Origin: an uncultured delta proteobacterium
GTDB taxonomy: Bacteria > Desulfobacterota > Binatia > UBA9968
Assembly: GCA_963804165.1 (NCBI GenBank)
Contig: CAWDPO010000040.1
Span: forward strand, 166,143 to 230,142
Direction: 5' to 3'
DNA length: 64,000 bases
The notes under the pieces were generated by a model, which saw only the letters and a program-made list of their open reading frames with translations, made no database searches and was not told the origin of the DNA. Positions 42,353-53,317 of this stretch are shown here, in pieces. Numbering within the stretch: position 1 is the first letter of the stretch; every line of letters starts with the position of its first letter. Made by a program: the position numbers and the translations under genes.

Positions 42353-42447
42353 CCGCTCCTCGTGATAGAGATCGCGCTACTACGTAAGCTAACGGCCTTG
42401 GTTCCCACGGATTATTGGGTTGCAATGCGCAGGCGTAACGTTTTTAG

Positions 42448-42463
42448 CGCAATTGTCGTGCCG
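42448..42463 (-). promoter_or_regulatory. sigma54 -24/-12 promoter
   Basis: CGGCAC-GACAA-TTGCG. Confidence 0.7.
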
Positions 42464-42739
42464 GTTGAAAATTCTTGGAAGGATATGTTTGCGGAGTCGA
42501 AGCAAAGATTTTTCCGCATCGTTGGTAGGACAAATTCTGACAAATTTCCGATGCTAAGAAGTTTTCTTGCGTTGTGGCTGGCTGGCAGCGAACATAGCGA
42601 ATGTACTGGCTGAATCGTTCCGATTCACGCCGCTTTTTTGGGCACGGTCGTGCCTATTTCTTAAGAAGTGCCGGGTCGATTACACCGTACGTGCTGCCCT
42701 CCGAGGCGACCTTTAATAAGCTTTATGGATGGAGATTCG

Positions 42740-42896
42740 GAGGTGTCCAGGCAACAAGGTTGAGAGACCGCCGAGCAGACCGATCAAGCAACGTTCGAAT
42801 GCCGGCCAACCGGCGGCCTTCCGCGGCCTCGCGCTCCTGCCAGCCTCGCTCGACGCCGACGAGCACGCCGAGGGCGAGTGCCAAACCGAGATTCAA
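42740..42896 (-). pseudogene. MgtC/SapB (DUF4010-type) N-terminal remnant
   Basis: LGLALALGVLVGVERGWQEREAAEGRRLAGIRT, then frameshift to LIGLLGGL. Confidence 0.7.
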
Positions 42897-42926
42897 CTAT
42901 GGATAGAATGGGGCGGGACGATTGTT

Positions 42927-44054
42927 TCAGTGGATAAATTCCAAAGCGATGGAAAAAGCGATCAAGAGGATGATCACCCACTCCAACATTTCCATGCGCC
43001 GATTGGATGCTTGAGTCGAGATTTTATCGTAAATGCTCTCGAGCGTCTGCAGCTTGCGCAAAATGCTCGAGTCCCAGTCGTCGAGGTGAAAGCGCCGGTT
43101 GACCATGCGATAGAGCCGCGCCAGGTACTGATCGCCGATCAGTTTCAGTGTGTTATTGACCCCCTCGAACAGAGCGGCGTTGTCCACTTGCAATTCAGCT
43201 AGGCTGCGCAGATCCGCGGCATCCGAGGTAAAAAATCGCGGCAGGCCCCAGGAGCGTCGTGAGAGCGTCTCATAGGCTTGATCCAAGGCGCGGTCGAGTT
43301 TCTGATCGACGTAACGCATCTCGAGCAGTTCGACGTTGGCAAATTCGAGGACAGCGCGGACATCGTCGCCTTCCCGGTCGACCAACAACGCGGCATTCCA
43401 ATCAACGATCGCGACATCATCGGGTCCGTAGGAGACGCGCACGGCGAGTGCGTCCTCGACTTCCTGCTCGGAAAGAGGTTGCCGCTCGGCGCGAAGAATT
43501 TGAGCGATACGCCGTTCTTGGCTCGCACAGAATAAATCGAGATCCAACGGTTCCGTGAAGCTTTCCACATGGAAGATCACGTAATCCTCCACGAACGGAG
43601 AAGGATGGGACTGGGTGGCGGCATCGCCGATGACTTTCAAGAGCTGATCGACCCGCAGCCGAGAGTTGGTGAGCAGCGCCTCGTTGTCGTAAAGCTCTTC
43701 GCCGAGGCCGAGCATATCGTCGAGAGATCCGGCAATCGGCAGAGCGTAGATCACGGCGACCGCGCCGAAGTCAAAGATCATGAGATCCACACTCGACCGC
43801 GTCGTAAACTTGCCGACCGCGAGCGGTTCGGCATCCTGGCTCAAACGCACAGGCGGCGGCTGATATTCGAAGTAGCTTGGCGTGCGGCGCTTGTGGGCGA
43901 TGGTCGGGCGCTCGGTGGCCTCGTGCACGCGCCGTTCGGCATCGGCAAGATTGATCGCTCGCGCTGCGTCGTAGGCAAAGATCGCGTAACAGGTACCGCT
44001 TTGAATCGTCGGCGGGCTGCTTGGCTCGTGCGCTGTATCTTGGTTCATCATCAT
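42927..44054 (-). CDS. RMD1/DUF155-like protein with C-terminal TM
   Basis: IFDFGAV...YLARLY...RKLQTL...RMEMLEWVIILLIAF. Confidence 0.7.
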   Translation of the reverse strand: MMMNQDTAHEPSSPPTIQSGTCYAIFAYDAARAINLADAERRVHEATERPTIAHKRRTPSYFEYQPPPVRLSQDAEPLAVGKFTTRSSVDLMIFDFGAVAVIYALPIAGSLDDMLGLGEELYDNEALLTNSRLRVDQLLKVIGDAATQSHPSPFVEDYVIFHVESFTEPLDLDLFCASQERRIAQILRAERQPLSEQEVEDALAVRVSYGPDDVAIVDWNAALLVDREGDDVRAVLEFANVELLEMRYVDQKLDRALDQAYETLSRRSWGLPRFFTSDAADLRSLAELQVDNAALFEGVNNTLKLIGDQYLARLYRMVNRRFHLDDWDSSILRKLQTLESIYDKISTQASNRRMEMLEWVIILLIAFSIALEFIH

Positions 44055-44268
44055 TTTAATCTAGCACTAGATCCGACTGAACGGCACACTCCCGGCAGTC
44101 CGCCGGAGATTCTTCACCCAGCGGCGACGAAGTTGCTCCGGCCGGCCAATTCGCCATTCATGAAATTAAAGTTGACCAACCTTTGCGAATTTGCCAATGA
44201 GCTAAGGTACACAAGCCTTTGCTTTAACGTTGCTTCGGTGGATTATGTTCTTTGGCGCGGAGGTCGAT

Positions 44269-44763
44269 ATGGCAGAGAACAAGAGATGGTCGGATTGGTG
44301 GCGGCAGTTTCTCGGTTTTTCGTCCGATGGTTACCAGCGAGCGCTCGAAATATTAACCAAGCGCTACATCGAAGAGAGCCAGCACGTCGAGCGCTTTACA
44401 CAACATGCGCAGCGCATGCATTACCCGCAGTTTCGCGACAAACTATTGGCGATCGCGGCGGACGAAGCCAAACATGTCGAATGGCTGGCGGAAAAGATCA
44501 AGCTCTTTGGCGGCAGGCTGCCTGAAGTGCCGCCGATTTCGGCGCCGGTTAAGAACAGCTGGCAATATTTGCTCGAAGATCTAAACGAAGGACAGGTCTG
44601 TGCGGCGGAGTTGATGGAAGAGGCGCGAAGTTTGCGCCAAGAATTACCTGCCGTTGCCGACGTCTTGGAGCGGATTTACCAGGACGGTGTTCGACACCGC
44701 GATGAGATCCGCAAGATGCTCATGAAGAGCGATCCGCAGTCGTTTTCGGCTTGGCTGGCGTAA
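44269..44763 (+). CDS. Ferritin-like four-helix protein
   Basis: EESQH, DEAKH, DGVRH; GGAGG RBS. Confidence 0.8.
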   Translation: MAENKRWSDWWRQFLGFSSDGYQRALEILTKRYIEESQHVERFTQHAQRMHYPQFRDKLLAIAADEAKHVEWLAEKIKLFGGRLPEVPPISAPVKNSWQYLLEDLNEGQVCAAELMEEARSLRQELPAVADVLERIYQDGVRHRDEIRKMLMKSDPQSFSAWLA

Positions 44764-45006
44764 ACCACCAAGCGATCACGGCCGAGGCGCTGGCGAAATC
44801 CGCCCGGCGTGACGTTTTCTAACTTTCTCTTTTGCGTCCGAGATAGCGTCTAAACCATTGGCCAGCCAGACTCGCCATCGAACTCGCGTCGGTCGAATTG
44901 CGCAGCGTCGTGCACTTATCGCTACAGTTGCCGCAACACGATTCTGCGCCATTACTACCCCATTGCCCGACGTTGAATCCTGCCGGTGTCACTTGACGGA
45001 GCGCGC

Positions 45007-45200
45007 TTGATCGAGCCGCTCGTGCGCCTCATCCGGCGCCATAACCTGGAGATGAGAACGAATTACAAGGGGTCGATAGCGCCACCATGAGGATCCTCAT
45101 GGCGCTGCCCTGGAAAGGCAATATTCGCGAGCTGGATAATGTGCTGGAGCGCGCGATGATGTCGACTTTGTACCGGAAAATAGAAAACTGGGGCTGGAAG
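45007..45200 (+). pseudogene. Remnant of a sigma54 activator paralogous to 34625-35980
   Basis: IRRHNLEM...LMALPWKGNIRELDNVLERAMM joined directly to STLYRKIE (internal deletion). Confidence 0.75.
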
Positions 45201-45267
45201 GATGATCCCGCCAGGGGACGCCGTATTGCGCCTGCCTGGCGGGTGGTTTTGTTATCTACGAGAATGG

Positions 45268-46809
45268 TTAATTGAGAGTAGGATCGCCTGCTATTTCTTT
45301 CGCTGCGGAAATCAGCGGTTTGCGCCGATTGGGATTGCGCAGGATCTGTAAAGATTTCTGTTCGATCTGGCGAATCCGTTCGCGCGTGACCGCAAACATA
45401 TCGCCTAGCTCTTCGAGCGTGTAATCACGCTTTTCCTCGATGCCGAATCGTTTACGCAGCACGGTCTCCTGACGCGGGGTCAGAACTGACAGTGCTTTTC
45501 TGACTTCAGATTGCAGCAATCCTTCTAGAGCCTGACTCTCCGGCTGCGGCCGGACGCGATCCTCGACAAAGTCGCCGAGCTCATCACCGTCCTCCCAGAT
45601 CGGCGTTTGCAAGGAAACCGGCTCCCCCTGGGTTTGCACCAGCTTGAGAAGTTCAGCAACCGATACGCGCAGTTCTTTGGCGAGCTCCTCGGGGCGAGGA
45701 TCACGACCAAGCTTGCGCTGCATCTCGCGGGCCGTCTGGATGACTTTGTTTCTCGACTCCACGCGATGGACGGGAACACGGATCGTATGACCGGTGTCGA
45801 TCAGCCCACGGGTGATGCCTTGACGAATCCACCAAGTGGCATAAGTGGAAAAGCGAAAGCCCAACCGGTAGTCAAATTTTTCCACCGCCCGCATCAGTCC
45901 TAAATTGCCTTCCTGAACGAGATCCAAGAAACTTAAGCCGCGGTTCACGTATTTCTTGGCGATGCTGACGACTAGGCGCAAGTTGGCCTCGGTGAATTCC
46001 TTCCTGGCCGCCTTGACGCGGGATTCGCCTTCTCGAATACGCCGAATCTGTTCTTTTACCTGATCCGCAGGCAGTCCCACGGTCTGTTCGATCATCCGGA
46101 TCTCAGACAAACCGGCGGGTTTCTTTGCCCGTGAACGGCTGCGCGTTTGTTGTTCCAAGCTGGTCACGCGCTGCGCCAAACCTGTTAACTGGCCGATCCA
46201 TTTTTCCACCTGATCTGAAGACAGCCGGAGGCCATCGATCACGCTGAGAATTTTTTCGTCGTAGGCTTGTCCATTTTGGCTCAAACGAGCGCGCCGATGC
46301 GCGGAAACTCGAACCCGGCTCAGCTCACGGCGAAGTCGGTTCCGTTCTTCCATCAAACGAGAAAGTTTGCCGAGCTGCTTGAGAAAGGGCTTCGGATCGA
46401 CGTTACTTTGACCCTCATCATCGGCGTCATCGGGTTTGTCGATCACCTCACGCAACTCAAGCTCGCCGGAGCTAACCAAGTTGCCCAACTCGACAACACG
46501 GCGTAATACCAACGGCGTCGAGAATAATGCAGCAGAAATCTGCTGAGTGGCGTTTTCTACTTCTTTTGCCAGCTCAATCTCGCGCTCCCGGCTCAAGAGC
46601 CGTACTGAACCGATGTCCTGGAGATATTGTTGAACCGAACCTAACGCGGTATCGGGCTTTTCCTGCTCCACCTCTTCTTCTTCGGCAGCTTCCTCCGAGG
46701 ATTCGAGGTTGGCGTCGAAGTCTTGATCCTGGTCCGGTAGAACGGCGCCGACATCCTGGTCGCCCAACCCTTCATTTATGATTCTGTCATTGTCGAACGG
46801 CGGTGACAT
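45268..46809 (-). CDS. Alternative RpoD-family sigma70 factor
   Basis: Region 1.2 VQQYLQDIG; [12 protein letters not shown]; [11 protein letters not shown]; TLEELG...[10 protein letters not shown]; no recognisable region 1.1; divergent [11 protein letters not shown]. Confidence 0.9.
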   Translation of the reverse strand: MSPPFDNDRIINEGLGDQDVGAVLPDQDQDFDANLESSEEAAEEEEVEQEKPDTALGSVQQYLQDIGSVRLLSREREIELAKEVENATQQISAALFSTPLVLRRVVELGNLVSSGELELREVIDKPDDADDEGQSNVDPKPFLKQLGKLSRLMEERNRLRRELSRVRVSAHRRARLSQNGQAYDEKILSVIDGLRLSSDQVEKWIGQLTGLAQRVTSLEQQTRSRSRAKKPAGLSEIRMIEQTVGLPADQVKEQIRRIREGESRVKAARKEFTEANLRLVVSIAKKYVNRGLSFLDLVQEGNLGLMRAVEKFDYRLGFRFSTYATWWIRQGITRGLIDTGHTIRVPVHRVESRNKVIQTAREMQRKLGRDPRPEELAKELRVSVAELLKLVQTQGEPVSLQTPIWEDGDELGDFVEDRVRPQPESQALEGLLQSEVRKALSVLTPRQETVLRKRFGIEEKRDYTLEELGDMFAVTRERIRQIEQKSLQILRNPNRRKPLISAAKEIAGDPTLN

Positions 46810-46872
46810 ATAAGTCTCCTTAACTCATCCAGTGCCTTAATCGGATGACCAAAGCGTTTCCCACATTCAATA

Positions 46873-46900
46873 TTAGACGTTCAAGGGACAATTAAAGTTC
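46873..46900 (-). promoter_or_regulatory. ECF sigmaE/AlgU-type promoter
   Basis: GAACTT-N16-GTCTAA upstream of the sigma70 gene. Confidence 0.65.
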
Positions 46901-47500
46901 ACAATTTATCGCGAATTCCCCGCTTCAATCACTCAGCCAAGTCTTGATGCTAGCGACCGTCCCACTGTTTGATCGATAGTTTAATCAGATCAAGTACTTG
47001 CGGGAAGTTGGCGAGACTCTACAACTTAGGGATAAGGTAAGAACGGCCAAGTAGCGTGTCAAGGCTAAAGGGCCGATAAACGCCTTTTAAGATTTTGCAT
47101 TGATTCGTGGACATGCCAGCACGAGATCCGAAAATTTTCTGCTTGCGCGAAAATCATAATGTAATCGCGGGACTTTGGGCGTCTGCATGACGACATTAGC
47201 TCGACGGAAATGGCACCTCAATGGCCTTAATGTCGTTGGGATGCTTTCCGTAGCGGATTTGCTGAGAGTTTTTGTCGAGCAAAACTAGGAGATTGCGGCA
47301 TGAAGTCTTGTTTGATTGGCTCGATGTGCAAGGATCCTTAGGTAGACGGACTGGAAATTTCTATGACGGTTTCAGAAGCGACGCGTCGCTTCGGCGTCGG
47401 TTTGATCAGTCGGTTCGCAAATCGACCACGCCCAGACGATCTCGGCATCGGTGCGGCGTCGGAACTAAAGAGTTTGTTTGTGAGCGGCGGGAGGTGACCT

Positions 47501-48148
47501 ATGCTATTTAAACACCGAGAACACGCGGCACATTTGCTGGCGGATCGATTGAACGAGTTTTCTAAGGACAAAAATCCCTTGGTGCTTGGCGTTCCCCGCG
47601 GCGCCGTACCGATAGCAAAAATCATCGCCGAAGCTCTGGGCGGTGAGCTCGATGTGGTTCTGGTGCATAAGCTTGGTCATCCGGATCAACCCGAGCTGGC
47701 GATCGGTGCCATCGATGAACGCGGCAATAGCTTCCTGTCAGAATGGGCCACCGAAGTCGATCCCGAATACATTGAAGCGGAAAAACAACGGCAGCTTTCC
47801 GTCCTGCGCGAGCGGCGCGCCCAATATACGCCTCGACGCCAGCCTATCGACCCGCATGGGCGAATCGTCATCGTTGTCGATGATGGAATCGCCACAGGAT
47901 CGACCATGATGGCTGCGCTCCGCGCGGTGCGTGCAAAAAATCCCAAGAAACTTATTAGCGCCGTCGCCGTGGCGTCGACGCAGGCAGCGCAAGCGGTGCT
48001 GCGCGAGTGCGACGCGGTGGTGTGTCTGAATGTGCCTGCGGACTTTTCCGCCGTAGGTCAGTTCTTCGAGGACTTCGATCAGGTATCGGATGAGGATGTG
48101 ATTGTAGCGCTGCGTGAAAGTGCCGCGAAAATTTCGGCGGTAGGGTAA
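47501..48148 (+). CDS. Phosphoribosyltransferase-family protein
   Basis: LGVPRGAV, PELAIGAI, VVDDGIATGST, AVGQFF.DFDQVSD. Confidence 0.9.
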   Translation: MLFKHREHAAHLLADRLNEFSKDKNPLVLGVPRGAVPIAKIIAEALGGELDVVLVHKLGHPDQPELAIGAIDERGNSFLSEWATEVDPEYIEAEKQRQLSVLRERRAQYTPRRQPIDPHGRIVIVVDDGIATGSTMMAALRAVRAKNPKKLISAVAVASTQAAQAVLRECDAVVCLNVPADFSAVGQFFEDFDQVSDEDVIVALRESAAKISAVG

Positions 48149-48333
48149 AAACGGCGACGGGCGCTACGCGGCTTGGCGCGCTAACTGAACCTGGCTCTTG
48201 CGTGGCGGTGACAAATTCCTGGTTGTTCCCCGTTTTTGCGAGTGCGCTGCAGCATTTTTCGCATCTATACTTGCGCTTCCGGCGATGCGGGCAAAACGCG
48301 ATCGCCGGTTTATAAATCATGGCCTAGTGGGCT

Positions 48334-48639
48334 TTACACCACAACGACTGAGTCGTCGCTGCCGTGACTATTGCGCACGTACTTGTCGGCGTTCCAGTCG
48401 TTTTCCCAACGCTGGCCGTCGACAAAATAGCGAAAGTGATATTCTTTGCTCGGTTCCAACGTGATCGTCGCCGTGAATGTTCCGTTTTTCAGTCGCTTCA
48501 TCGGGACGGCTTCTTTGCTCCATTCATTAAAGTCGCCCACAAGACTGACATTGGTCGCCGAACCAGCGGCTTCCTTCGGGAGAGTGAAAGTAACCTTCCA
48601 GACGCGAGGTTTTTTCAAATACTGTTTTTTTAGACTCAT
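48334..48639 (-). CDS. CBM48 / isoamylase early-set domain protein
   Basis: LVGDFNEW...YHFRYFVDGQRWENDWNAD. Confidence 0.9.
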   Translation of the reverse strand: MSLKKQYLKKPRVWKVTFTLPKEAAGSATNVSLVGDFNEWSKEAVPMKRLKNGTFTATITLEPSKEYHFRYFVDGQRWENDWNADKYVRNSHGSDDSVVVV

Positions 48640-49236
48640 AACGTTTTTCCGTTCCTCCAATCGACTAATTCAAATGTTGGGACAAGTGCCCCACACGTCA
48701 TCTATCGCTTTGCAATAATGATAGAAAAATGACGGGCGATTCGCAAAGGTGACGGGAAAAATTCATCTCGATGCCACTTTCACCGGAGAAATCGAGGCAT
48801 GAGCCCTTGCTTTGTCGAGTGCAAAAGAGGGGGCCGATGACAGCCAAAATAAACGTGAGAAGACTCCACACCACGGTGCGCGAGTGAGTGTAGCTATCAT
48901 AGAGAGTCGAAGAGTTACCGATAGCTTCGCTTCGAACCGGATGCTGCAGCCGTTACCTGTAGCTGCGACTCGCCGCGCGACAAATATTCCGAGGAAAGCT
49001 CGCTTCCGTTACTGACTCATGGGCTTGTGTCGCGCCTTTGGCGCGAGCTTCGTAATAAGGTTCTTCTGGGGAAGCCAGGGCGGGCGAGGGTCGTCGTAAT
49101 AAGCGCCGAAGTGCTCAGCCAACGCTTCGATGGATATGCCGCAGCCGATGCACTTGTCGCGGACAATCGCGCTGAATCAGACGGACTTGCGTCGATGAGG
49201 GTCGTAGACCTCGTCGGCGACAAATCTTCGAGCAGA

Positions 49237-50007
49237 TCATTCTTTGAGCTTGCTTAGCACCAGATTCACGACATCGACTGGAATCGGCACTACGATGGTG
49301 TGGTTTTTTTCTGCGGATACTTCGACAAGACTTTGTAAGAAACGCAGGTGCATGGCATTGGGCTGCTTGGCGATGATCGCCGCGGCGTCGGCCAGTTTTT
49401 GCGAGGCTTGAAACTCACCGTCGGCATGAATGACTTTGGCGCGCCGTTCCCTCTCCGCCTCCGCCTGTTTGGCCATTGCCCGCTGCATCTCTTGGGGCAG
49501 ATCGATATGCTTAAGCTCGACCAACACGACTTTGACGCCCCATGGCTCGGTCTGGGCATCTAGGATCGCTTGGATTCTCGCATTGATTTTGTCTCTTTCG
49601 GCAAGCAGCTCATCGAGCTCGCCCTGCCCGCACACGCTGCGCAACGTGACTTGGGAGAGTTGAGAGGTAGCAAACAGATAATTTTCCACTTCCCGGATTG
49701 CACGATTGGGATCCAGGACTCTGAAATACAGGACCGCGCTCACTTTGACGGAGACGTTATCCCGCGTAATGACGTCCTGCGGCGGAACGTCCATGGTCAC
49801 GGTGCGTAGGTCGACGCGAAGCATTTTTTCGACAAAGGGGATGACGTAGGTGATCCCCGGGCCGCGCGACGCGACTATGCGTCCCAGACGAAAGATGACG
49901 GCACGCTCATATTCTCGGAGAATTTTAAGACCGCTGACAAGAACGACTACGGCGATGATGAACACAGTGCCGAGCGGTCCGAGAAATTGTCCGATGAGTT
50001 CTATCAT
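49237..50007 (-). CDS. SPFH/stomatin-like (slipin) protein
   Basis: [35 protein letters not shown]. Confidence 0.93.
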   Translation of the reverse strand: MIELIGQFLGPLGTVFIIAVVVLVSGLKILREYERAVIFRLGRIVASRGPGITYVIPFVEKMLRVDLRTVTMDVPPQDVITRDNVSVKVSAVLYFRVLDPNRAIREVENYLFATSQLSQVTLRSVCGQGELDELLAERDKINARIQAILDAQTEPWGVKVVLVELKHIDLPQEMQRAMAKQAEAERERRAKVIHADGEFQASQKLADAAAIIAKQPNAMHLRFLQSLVEVSAEKNHTIVVPIPVDVVNLVLSKLKE

Positions 50008-50026
50008 GTCTGCCTCCGCACTAATT

Positions 50027-50071
50027 GTTTAAGCGGTTCAAGGTGTTCAAACCGTTCAAATAGTTCAAGTC
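50027..50071. repeat. 9-nt-period GTTCAA repeat
   Basis: GTTTAAGCG GTTCAAGGT GTTCAAACC GTTCAAATA GTTCAAGTC. Confidence 0.7.
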
Positions 50072-50109
50072 GTCTCAGGCTCACACCCCCGTGTTGCAAA
50101 CCGATTCCG

Positions 50110-50415
50110 TCACCCCTTAACGCAAATCACCGGCTCCAGTCGGGCGACAGGTGATGCAAGCCCGGCTCGGTCGACGACCTCGGTCACATCTTTATACGCT
50201 CCCAGCGCTTCTTCCGCCACACTGCGCATGGAACGGCTGCGAATAAGCACGCCTGGCCGGAGCGGCGAGGCTGTCGATGACCTCTTGACGCTCCGCCGCC
50301 GGCTCATGCTCTGCTAGACTCCGTGGCAAGCCCAACCGAGGTCTAAATCCATTTCTTTCGTGTTCCCGACTGGAATATTCGAAGTCGTGCCCTATGGTGG
50401 CGGCGATGAGCACCG
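50110..50415 (-). pseudogene. rtcB: RtcB RNA ligase C-terminal remnant
   Basis: ACHG..MSR; VAEEALGAYKDVTEVV...AGLA..VARLEPVICVKG. Confidence 0.75.
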
Positions 50416-50571
50416 GCTGGGGCTGCGCAGCGTGATTCGGAAATCGGCGGATGGCTGGGATCGAAGCGAACGCTCGTTGCGACTGTTGCAGCTTTGGGAG
50501 AGCTGTCGCCGAAAATTTTCAACAATGCGGAAAACATCGCCCATTAGTGGCGATAAATCGCACCTGTTTGC

Positions 50572-50587
50572 TGGTATAGTGATTGCG
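50572..50587 (+). promoter_or_regulatory. sigma54-like promoter
   Basis: TGGTAT-AGTGA-TTGCG upstream of Hsp20 remnant and USP. Confidence 0.6.
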
Positions 50588-50678
50588 GCTTCATAGATTG
50601 GGGAAGAACCCGACATAACCCATTAGGCATCCGGATTTCCAGCACGCCGTTCTTAAATGTCGCTTTCACTTTGTCCCC

Positions 50679-50790
50679 AGAAAAGGAAAAAGAGGAAGAG
50701 GTCAAGGAAGAGAACTACTATCGCTCCGGAAAGGAGCTATGGATTGTTCTTCAGAACGCTCGAACTGCCCAAGGACGTTCATGGAGACGA
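50679..50790 (+). pseudogene. Hsp20 remnant
   Basis: EKEEEVKEENYYRS/ERSYGLFFRTLELPKDV. Confidence 0.7.
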
Positions 50791-50800
50791 GGAGGCAAAT

Positions 50801-51705
50801 ATGTATAACAAAATACTGATCCCGTTGGACGGGTCCAAGACGGCGGAAAAGGTCCTGCCCTACGCTCGTTACTTGGCAGGCAAATTCGACATACCGGTTG
50901 AGCTTCTGGCCGTCATCGACATCGCCGAAATGACGACCCACATGGCCGCAGAAAAAGCGCGTTTTCTCGATACCATGATCGAAGACGGCGTGCGTAACAG
51001 CACGTCTTATCTGCGACTGATCGCCAATACATTTCCCGGCATAGACGTCACGTGCACGGTGGAGAAAGCGCGTGCCGAAGACACGATTATCGAGAAAGCC
51101 GCGGCGGACAAGGGTCTACTGATTACGATGGCGACTCACGGCCGCTCAGGGCTCAACCGGTTCCTGTTGGGCAGCGTTGCCGAGAAGGTTCTGCGCGGCA
51201 GCGTGAATCCATTGCTGTTGGTGCGTGCGGCGGACGAAGCGTCACCAGCAGTTGCGGTGGCGTTCAAGAAGGTCATCGTACCGCTGGACGGTTCGCCGTT
51301 GGCCGAGAACGTGCTGCCGATGGTCGCCGGTGTGGCAAAAAGCTCGATCTCGAAGTGCTGTTGTTCCGCGCCTATCATATTCCCTACAACGCCTATACGG
51401 GCGACGAGGGTTACGATGCGGTCAACTACGACGACTTGATCGCCAGCGTACGCGACGAAGCCAATGAGTACCTCGAAAAAAAGGTCGCCGAAGTCAGAAA
51501 GCTCGGCGTGGAAAAGGTCTCCTTCGCGACACAAGAAGGCTTTGCCGGCGACGAGATCATTGCGATGGGGCGTAAGACGCCGGATGGCTTGATCGCCATG
51601 TGTTCGCACGGGCGATCGGGCGTGCGACGATGGGTGCTCGGCAGTGTCACCGAAACCGTGGTGCGCTACAGCAGCGATCCGGTATTGGTGTTACGGGCCG
51701 GCTGA
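50801..51705 (+). CDS. Tandem universal stress protein (frameshift in A-run ~51338)
   Basis: ILIPLDGS, MATHGRSG...LGSVAEKVL, MCSHGRSG...LGSVTE. Confidence 0.88.
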
Positions 51706-51739
51706 TCTTGATCCGAATGGCGATAATGGCGATGTACAA

Positions 51740-51960
51740 AAAGTCGCGGGACTTCGGGCCGAGGGATTCGACCGCGTTGTGGCCACTGCGATCCAAGGGG
51801 ATGCCACCGACGAAATCATTGACTCGCCATAAGAACGCCGAACAATCCGATGGGATGTCGAGCAGGCGGGTCGGGAAACGGACGCTGGGTGCTTGGTAGC
51901 GTCGCGAAAAAGTCATCCAACCCTCGCGAGATCCCGTGCTACTGATCGCACCACTTGAAA
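51740..51960 (+). pseudogene. USP remnant
   Basis: GDATDEII...GSVAKKVI...PVLLI, interrupted. Confidence 0.55.
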
Positions 51961-52056
51961 CATCACCGCCGCGGGTCTAATTGATTGCGTGTGGTGACAA
52001 ATTTTCCGCCGATTCTGCGTTGGCAATCGGGCGGCATGTTCGGGAGGAGCGAAGCT

Positions 52057-52542
52057 ATGCAACTCACGACGGTAAAAATCGACAAGCCCGACGACATTAA
52101 TTTTATCCTGGGCCAAAGCCACTTCATCAAGACCGTCGAGGATATTCACGAAGCGCTGGTGCAAAGCGTTCCCGGCATCAAATTCGGTCTCGCGTTCTGC
52201 GAAGCGTCCGGCGCGATGCTGGTTCGCTGGACGGGCACGGACGAATCGATGACTGCATTGGCCAAGCGCAACGCGCTTGCGCTCTCCGCCGGCCACAGCT
52301 TCATTTTGTTCCTCGGCCCCGGCTTCTTTCCCGTCAACGTGCTCAATGCGATTAAAATGGTTCCCGAGGTCTGCCGCATCTTCTGCGCCACGGCGAATCC
52401 CGTCGAGGCCGTGATCGCGGAAACCGATCAAGGCCGCGGCATCCTGGGCGTCATCGACGGCGGCAAGAGCCTGGGCATTGAAGATGATGCGGGCATCGCC
52501 TGGCGCAAAGACCTACTGCGCAAGATCGGCTATAAACTGTAA
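52057..52542 (+). CDS. Adenosine-specific kinase family (DUF355) protein
   Basis: ILGQSHFIKTVEDI, FGLAFCEASG, FCATANP, GRGILGVIDG. Confidence 0.9.
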   Translation: MQLTTVKIDKPDDINFILGQSHFIKTVEDIHEALVQSVPGIKFGLAFCEASGAMLVRWTGTDESMTALAKRNALALSAGHSFILFLGPGFFPVNVLNAIKMVPEVCRIFCATANPVEAVIAETDQGRGILGVIDGGKSLGIEDDAGIAWRKDLLRKIGYKL

Positions 52543-52580
52543 AATTCCGTCCAGGCTCCCCGAACGCCAGCTCGGCAACG

Positions 52581-52660
52581 TCGAATGTTGAACCTTTGAA
52601 CGGATGTCAGTCTGAAAACGTTTTGAACGGAGCGTAGCGATTGAACGTTTGGAACTGGCC
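52581..52660. repeat. TTGAAC-type degenerate repeat
   Basis: TTGAACCT TTGAACGG ... TTGAACGG AGCGTAGCGA TTGAACGTT TGGAAC. Confidence 0.6.
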
Positions 52661-52816
52661 CAGCACTCATATCACGAGCACGAACACGGTTTTTTTTGAT
52701 TCGTCTTCGTGGAATTCGCGGCACCAGAGGCTTTTAGCATACGCACCGGCGAACCTTGAATGAAAAAGTAGCCGTCCTCTTTTCATCACCTATCATAGTC
52801 TCTGTCATTTTGATTC

Positions 52817-53041
52817 ATGAACACTCTTATGCTGAAGACGTTGCAACAGGCAAAGAGACTCATCGTAGTCGTGGCCGGTTCTACAGTTCTGTTGATAGGG
52901 ATCGCAATGATCGTGCTGCCGGGTCCTGCCGTTCTTGTAATACCCGTCGGCTTGGGTGTCCTTGCAACTGAATTCGTCTGGGCAAGAAAATTGTTGACCA
53001 AAATCAAAAGTACATTTCAAAAAGGCAAGGAAGTGTCGTAA
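52817..53041 (+). CDS. PGPGW-domain small membrane protein
   Basis: LPGPAVLVIPVGLGVLATEFVWARKLL. Confidence 0.88.
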   Translation: MNTLMLKTLQQAKRLIVVVAGSTVLLIGIAMIVLPGPAVLVIPVGLGVLATEFVWARKLLTKIKSTFQKGKEVS

Positions 53042-53099
53042 GTGCGTTATAGAACTGAGCGAACCTATATAGGAATCATTACCAGCCTCGCTCGAACAG

Positions 53100-53220
53100 G
53101 GCATGTACGAGCACAATATTATCTCGACGAAACCCTTGAGCTTTTCCAAAAATAGTTCGCGGTCAAAATCATCTCCGCAGATTGATCGCCGGTCATTTCC
53201 GGTCACGACCACGCGTGTCG
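53100..53220 (-). pseudogene. REP-associated/Y1 transposase N-terminal remnant
   Basis: VVVTGNDRRSICGDDFDRELFLEKL. Confidence 0.55.
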
Positions 53221-53317
53221 CTATCAGGAACTGGAGTCGCTGGAGTCGAGTCAAAGGTAAAGATTTCCTGCTTCCTCCTGCTTCCATTCAAATCTTCAGC
53301 CGGGCCAGCCGCCCACG

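Noticed and set aside
43569-44525. Long antisense ORFs (also 3727-4509, 36652-37299, 53892-54692)
   Set aside because: Shadows of real genes on the opposite strand in GC-rich DNA; no recognisable motifs
50027-50071. Periodic repeats as a CRISPR array
   Set aside because: Unit is 9 nt, there are no 25-45 nt spacers, and no cas genes are present
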